Below are positions 59,795 to 64,000 of a stretch of 64,000 nt of DNA, piece by piece. How positions within the stretch are numbered: position 1 is the stretch's first letter; the number at the start of each line of letters is the position of its first letter. Made by a program: the position numbers and the translations under genes. Source of the DNA: Candidatus Eiseniibacteriota bacterium (GTDB lineage Bacteria > Eisenbacteria > RBG-16-71-46); assembly GCA_963707915.1 (NCBI GenBank), contig OY970178.1, forward strand, positions 864,001 to 928,000. Reading direction: 5' to 3'. Under the pieces are notes generated by a model. It was not told where the DNA came from, ran no database searches, and worked only from the letters and a program-made list of their open reading frames with translations.

Positions 59795-62449
59795 ATGCGA
59801 CGCCTGTCTCTCATCCAGTTCGCGGCCCTCGCCCTCCCGGCGTTCCTCGCGGCTCCGGCCGCTCGTGCCGCGTGGCCGACCAACCCGGCCATCAACACGC
59901 CGGTCTGCACGGCGAACAACTTCCAGGGATTCCTCGCCGCCGCGCCCGACAGTTGCGGCGGCGTCATCACGGCATGGCAGGACGCGCGCGGGACCGGCGG
60001 AGACACGCTGGTCTACATCCAGCGCGTCGACTTCTTCGGGCAGGCGCGCTGGACGCCGGGGGGATTCCCGGTCGCCCCGGTCTCGCCGGGAGCGCAGGGC
60101 CCGCCCTCCATCTGCCCGGACGGCGCGGGGGGCGCATTCGTCGCCTGGGGCGAACAACGATTGGCGACCCAGGCCCACGACGTCTACATCCAGCACGTCC
60201 TCGCCAGCGGCATCACGGACCCGGCCTGGCCGGTGGACGGGATCGCCCTCACCGCGATCCCGGGTCAGCAGTGGTACCCGGAGGTAGTGGCGGACGGCGC
60301 GGGCGGCGCCATCGCGGCCTGGTCCGACGAGCGCGGCAACGTGGACTATCGCCCCGATCTCTACGCGCAGCGCATCTCCGCCACGGGCGCGATCCTGTGG
60401 GCCGCCGACGGGGTCCCGCTGGTGGCCGAGCCGGGCGAGCAGCAGGTCTTCCACCTCGGCACCGTCGGGATGACGTACTACCACACGCTCGCCTCCGACG
60501 GAGGCGGCGGAGTCATCGGCGTGTGGCGGGATCTGCGCACCGGTCGTGGAGTGGAACGGGCGCAGCGGCTCGCCGGCCCCACCGGCGCCCCGATGTGGAC
60601 GCCGGGCGGCGTCGTCCTCGCGGCGACCAGCAACGACCAGGGGAACGCGTGCGTCGTCGCCGACGCCGGGCGAGCCATCTTCGCGTGGGAGGACGCGCGC
60701 GGCGGCGGCGGGTGTTGCGGCGGAGAACCCGACATCTACGCCCAATCCCTCTCCCCGGGGGGCGCGGTGCTGTGGGCCCCCGCCGGCGTCGCCGTCTGCA
60801 CTGCGCCACAGGTGCAGGACCTCCCGATCGCCGCGGCTGACGGACTGGGTGGCGCCATCATCGGGTGGACGGACGCGCGCGCGACCCCGACCCCGTTCGG
60901 TCCGGGGGACATCTATGCGCAGCGCCTCGACGCCGGCGGGACCCCGCTGTGGACCCCCGGCGGAGTGGCGCTGTGCACCGCCCCGGTCAACCAGTACGCC
61001 CTGGACATCGTTCCGGACGCGAAGAACGGCGCGATCGTGACGTGGATCGACGACCGCAATTCCGCGGGCTACTCCCTCTACGCGCAGCACGTGGATGCCG
61101 CGGGCACGACCCTCTGGGCGACCGACGGCCAGGTCGTCACCTCGAACGTGCTGGACCCCACCGCCGGCGGCCCGCGGGCCGTGCCGGACGGAGCGGGCGG
61201 GGCGGTCTTCGCCTGGGAGGATTGGCGGACCTCCGGTACGAACTACACGGACATCTACGCGCAGCAGGTCGGCATCTCGGGCCTGGTCGGCGTCCGCGGC
61301 CCCTCCCGCTACTGCCTGCCCGACGTCTGCGGTCACGCCTACGTGGACTTCGGTGACGCCCCCGAGGGGATCCCGGCGTACGCGTCCGGCGCGTTCGGCC
61401 ACTTCCCCACCTGCCTCGCGCAGACGGCGGCCGGGACCCAGGAGATCGCCTGCGGCGCCGCCCCGGGCACCGCACCGGGACCGACCGGCTACGTGCGGCA
61501 CGACGGCACTTCGCCCAACGCGGTCGGCTTCGGGCTGGGCTGCGGGCCCGCCAACGCCCAGGGGCTCGCGGTCGACAACGACCTGGACGGCACCGTGAAC
61601 GCGACCGCGTCCCCGCCCTTCGTCATCCCGAGCGAGACCAGCGCCTGCTCGCCCGCGGTCGCGTTGTACGAATACGAGCGTGGCGGCGGCGGGCTGTGGT
61701 TCGGCGCGGACGAGATCCCGGGGGATGCGGACGCCGGTCTCGCCACCCCGGACACGATGCCGGCGTGCCGCCTGGCCGCGCTGAAGTTCAAGGCCTGGAG
61801 CTGCGGGCAGGGGACGCTCACCGTGTACCTGAACGTTCTCGTGGACTGGAGCCAGGACGGTGACTGGAACGACGTCGTCGCGTGCGGCACTGCGGCGGGC
61901 CCGTCGTGCGTGCCGGAATGGGCGGTCAAGAACCAGGCCATCCAGCTGGTGCCGGGATGCAACGCGACGATGTCGCAGTACTTCACGGCGGGGCCCAACG
62001 CGGGCCCGTCCTGGATGCGCGTGACGCTCACGAGCTCGGCGGTCTCCGACGAGTTCCCCTGGGCGGGCTCCGCCAATGTCCCGGGAGGCTCGTTCCAGGG
62101 CGGCGAGACGGAGGATTATCCGGTGACCGTCGTCGCGCCCACGCTGGCCGTGGATGATGCGGGCCGGCCAGGCGCGCTGGCGTTCGCGGCGATCACGCCG
62201 AATCCGATGAGGGAGACCGCCGAGCTGCGCTTCACGCTCGCGCAAGCCGGGGACGTCGCCCTCGTCCTCTTCGACCTGGCGGGCCGCCGCGTGCGCTCGC
62301 TCGCCGCGGGCCGGTTCGAGGCGGGGAGCCACGAGGCCCGATGGGACGGCCGCGACGACGCCGGCGCCGTGGCGCCCAGCGGATTCTACTTCGCCCGGCT
62401 GGCGACGGAGGGCCGCACCCTGTCGCGACCCCTGATCCGGCTGCACTGA
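59795..62449 (+). CDS. Large secreted protein: eight beta-propeller-like repeats, GEVED-like domain, FlgD-Ig C-terminal domain
   Basis: Repeats DGxGGAxxxWxDxR...DIYAQR...W; DFGDAP; GETEDY; PNP...DLAGRRVRSL...WDGRDDAG...SGFYFARL. Confidence 0.8.
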   Translation: MRRLSLIQFAALALPAFLAAPAARAAWPTNPAINTPVCTANNFQGFLAAAPDSCGGVITAWQDARGTGGDTLVYIQRVDFFGQARWTPGGFPVAPVSPGAQGPPSICPDGAGGAFVAWGEQRLATQAHDVYIQHVLASGITDPAWPVDGIALTAIPGQQWYPEVVADGAGGAIAAWSDERGNVDYRPDLYAQRISATGAILWAADGVPLVAEPGEQQVFHLGTVGMTYYHTLASDGGGGVIGVWRDLRTGRGVERAQRLAGPTGAPMWTPGGVVLAATSNDQGNACVVADAGRAIFAWEDARGGGGCCGGEPDIYAQSLSPGGAVLWAPAGVAVCTAPQVQDLPIAAADGLGGAIIGWTDARATPTPFGPGDIYAQRLDAGGTPLWTPGGVALCTAPVNQYALDIVPDAKNGAIVTWIDDRNSAGYSLYAQHVDAAGTTLWATDGQVVTSNVLDPTAGGPRAVPDGAGGAVFAWEDWRTSGTNYTDIYAQQVGISGLVGVRGPSRYCLPDVCGHAYVDFGDAPEGIPAYASGAFGHFPTCLAQTAAGTQEIACGAAPGTAPGPTGYVRHDGTSPNAVGFGLGCGPANAQGLAVDNDLDGTVNATASPPFVIPSETSACSPAVALYEYERGGGGLWFGADEIPGDADAGLATPDTMPACRLAALKFKAWSCGQGTLTVYLNVLVDWSQDGDWNDVVACGTAAGPSCVPEWAVKNQAIQLVPGCNATMSQYFTAGPNAGPSWMRVTLTSSAVSDEFPWAGSANVPGGSFQGGETEDYPVTVVAPTLAVDDAGRPGALAFAAITPNPMRETAELRFTLAQAGDVALVLFDLAGRRVRSLAAGRFEAGSHEARWDGRDDAGAVAPSGFYFARLATEGRTLSRPLIRLH

Positions 62450-62555
62450 GCCGCGGAGGCGGGTCGCCCGGCGCCGGGCCCGGGCGACCCGTCCGCACGC
62501 CGGCCGGTCGCGCGCCGACGCCGCGCGCGGCCGGCGGTCGCGAGCGCGGCCCCGC

Positions 62556-64000
62556 TCAGCCTCCGGCCTCCGGCACGCCGCGGACCCGCCACAGCCGCTC
62601 GGCGGCCAGGAGCCCGAACGCCGCCAGGTAGAGGGCCGCACCGGCCAGCAGCGCTACGCGGAACCCGTACGAGAACGCGCACAACACGATCAGCGTGGCC
62701 CCCAGCACGGAGCCGACGCCGTTCACCGCGAAGCCCCAGTCCACCAGCGGCCCGACGCGCAGCACGCCGCGCGGGAACGGCATGCCCATGAAGAAGCCGA
62801 GCGGGGCGATCAACGCCACGGTCACCAGCATCCGAGCGGACAGCGGCAGGACGCTCAGCGCCCCGGTGATGACCGGGAACACGCTCGCGTCGAGCAGCAG
62901 CCAGCCGGCGATGGCGAGAAACGCGGTGCGCGGCGCCACCCGGGCCGCGGACCGGCTGCCGACGCCCGCGGCCACCAGCAGCGTGAGCAGCACCGTCGCC
63001 GTGCCGTAGACCGAGGCGCCGAGGAACAGCGTGTACTTCTGGATCAGGATCACCTCGACCGACATGAAGGCCATCCCGACCAGCAGGAAGTAGAGCCACC
63101 CGGCGGCGGGCAGTCGCTCGCGGCTGGTCAGGTAGGGCAGCAGCACGAGCGGGAGCACGAGCACGCCGACCACGGCCAGGATGATGAGGATGATGAGCCG
63201 CGAGATCGGCAGCCCGGTGAGGTCGGAGTACGGGCTCACCCTGGCCAGCTTCTCCCGGGTGAGGTTGCGCCACAGCCCCATCTGCGCGATGAAGGGCCGG
63301 TCGTCGGTGCACGGCGAGACCGCGACGTGGGCGGTGTCCGCGACCGGCCGCCAGCCGCGGGTGACGATCTGGTTGATGATCCGGCCCTTGAGGGAGTCCG
63401 GCGCCGGGTACACCAGAACGATGTGTCCCCGGCGCTCGGGCGTGAGCGGACCGTACGCCCGGTAGCGGATCTCGTCGGTGAGCGGCCGCTTCGAGACCAG
63501 CAGGACGTGGCGGCGCAGCGCCGGCAGCCGGTAGACGGCGAAGTGCTCCTCCGGCTTCTCCACGCCCAACTGGCGGAGCGCGTCGATGACCTCGCTGACC
63601 AGCCGCGGCATGTACATCTGGTGCTCGATGGACAGGAAGCCGCCGTCGCCGAGGGCGTTCCAGTAGTCCTTGAAGGCCTCGGTCGTGAACAGGTAGTTCT
63701 CGGCGAGCGCGAAGGCACCGGAGCCGAGCGCCGCCCAGGTGTTCGAGCTGAGGGAGTAGATGACGTCGAACCCGCCGCGGTGGCGGCGCACGTAGCTGCG
63801 TGCGTCCTCGGTGACGACCTTCACCCGCGGGTCGCGGTAGAGATGACCCGAGTAGGCCGCGCAGGTGACGATCCGCCCGGCCGAATCCAGCGTGGTGGAG
63901 TCGCGCACCACGTAGCCCGACGGGTCCCCCACCAGCATCATGCGGTTGATCTGCGGGATGACCTCGACGGCGTGGACCTCGGCGGCCCCCTTCTCCAGCG
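62556..64000 (-). CDS. Membrane protein with a spermidine-synthase-like SAM-dependent methyltransferase domain (5' end off the window)
   Basis: VHAVEV, EDARSYV, FDVI, ENYLFTTEAF, TDDRPF, FFMGMPFP and WGFAVNG motifs. Confidence 0.8.
   Translation of the reverse strand, partial: LEKGAAEVHAVEVIPQINRMMLVGDPSGYVVRDSTTLDSAGRIVTCAAYSGHLYRDPRVKVVTEDARSYVRRHRGGFDVIYSLSSNTWAALGSGAFALAENYLFTTEAFKDYWNALGDGGFLSIEHQMYMPRLVSEVIDALRQLGVEKPEEHFAVYRLPALRRHVLLVSKRPLTDEIRYRAYGPLTPERRGHIVLVYPAPDSLKGRIINQIVTRGWRPVADTAHVAVSPCTDDRPFIAQMGLWRNLTREKLARVSPYSDLTGLPISRLIILIILAVVGVLVLPLVLLPYLTSRERLPAAGWLYFLLVGMAFMSVEVILIQKYTLFLGASVYGTATVLLTLLVAAGVGSRSAARVAPRTAFLAIAGWLLLDASVFPVITGALSVLPLSARMLVTVALIAPLGFFMGMPFPRGVLRVGPLVDWGFAVNGVGSVLGATLIVLCAFSYGFRVALLAGAALYLAAFGLLAAERLWRVRGVPEAGG

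Overview
Very GC-rich bacterial chromosome segment. A PorV/PorQ-type barrel, FlgD-Ig C-terminal domain proteins and a protein with a 'TWGRLNQIYR' tail suggest an FCB-superphylum/Eisenbacteria-like organism (inference). Positions 1-28.4 kb are mostly housekeeping: secA 5' end, cold-shock protein, TPR protein, polyprenol kinase-like gene, two lytic transglycosylases, guaA, HAD hydrolase, comEC, a PEGA protein, a glgC/glgD-like pair, the site-2 protease-trpS-scpA-scpB-rluB operon, a GAF-PP2C phosphatase, cstA and tRNA-Ala. Positions 28.5-40.7 kb are accessory: a ferredoxin plus two HMA-fold genes, GT-C-like membrane proteins, a diguanylate cyclase, and a GT2 glycan operon containing a membrane-anchored beta-helix protein and an inner-membrane/YaiO-barrel fusion. 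After tRNA-Leu(CAA) come a methyltransferase, a complete phoBR-pstSCAB-phoU locus with a Pho-box-like repeat (pstA frameshifted), a complete IS256 with a 9-bp target duplication, an S9 peptidase remnant, and several secreted proteins, two with multi-stem leader sequences. The best candidates for undescribed systems are the glycan operon with the barrel fusion, a T9SS-like sorting system with two tail types, and the structured leaders. All calls come from reading motifs by eye; no database searches were run. Several start codons were chosen manually.
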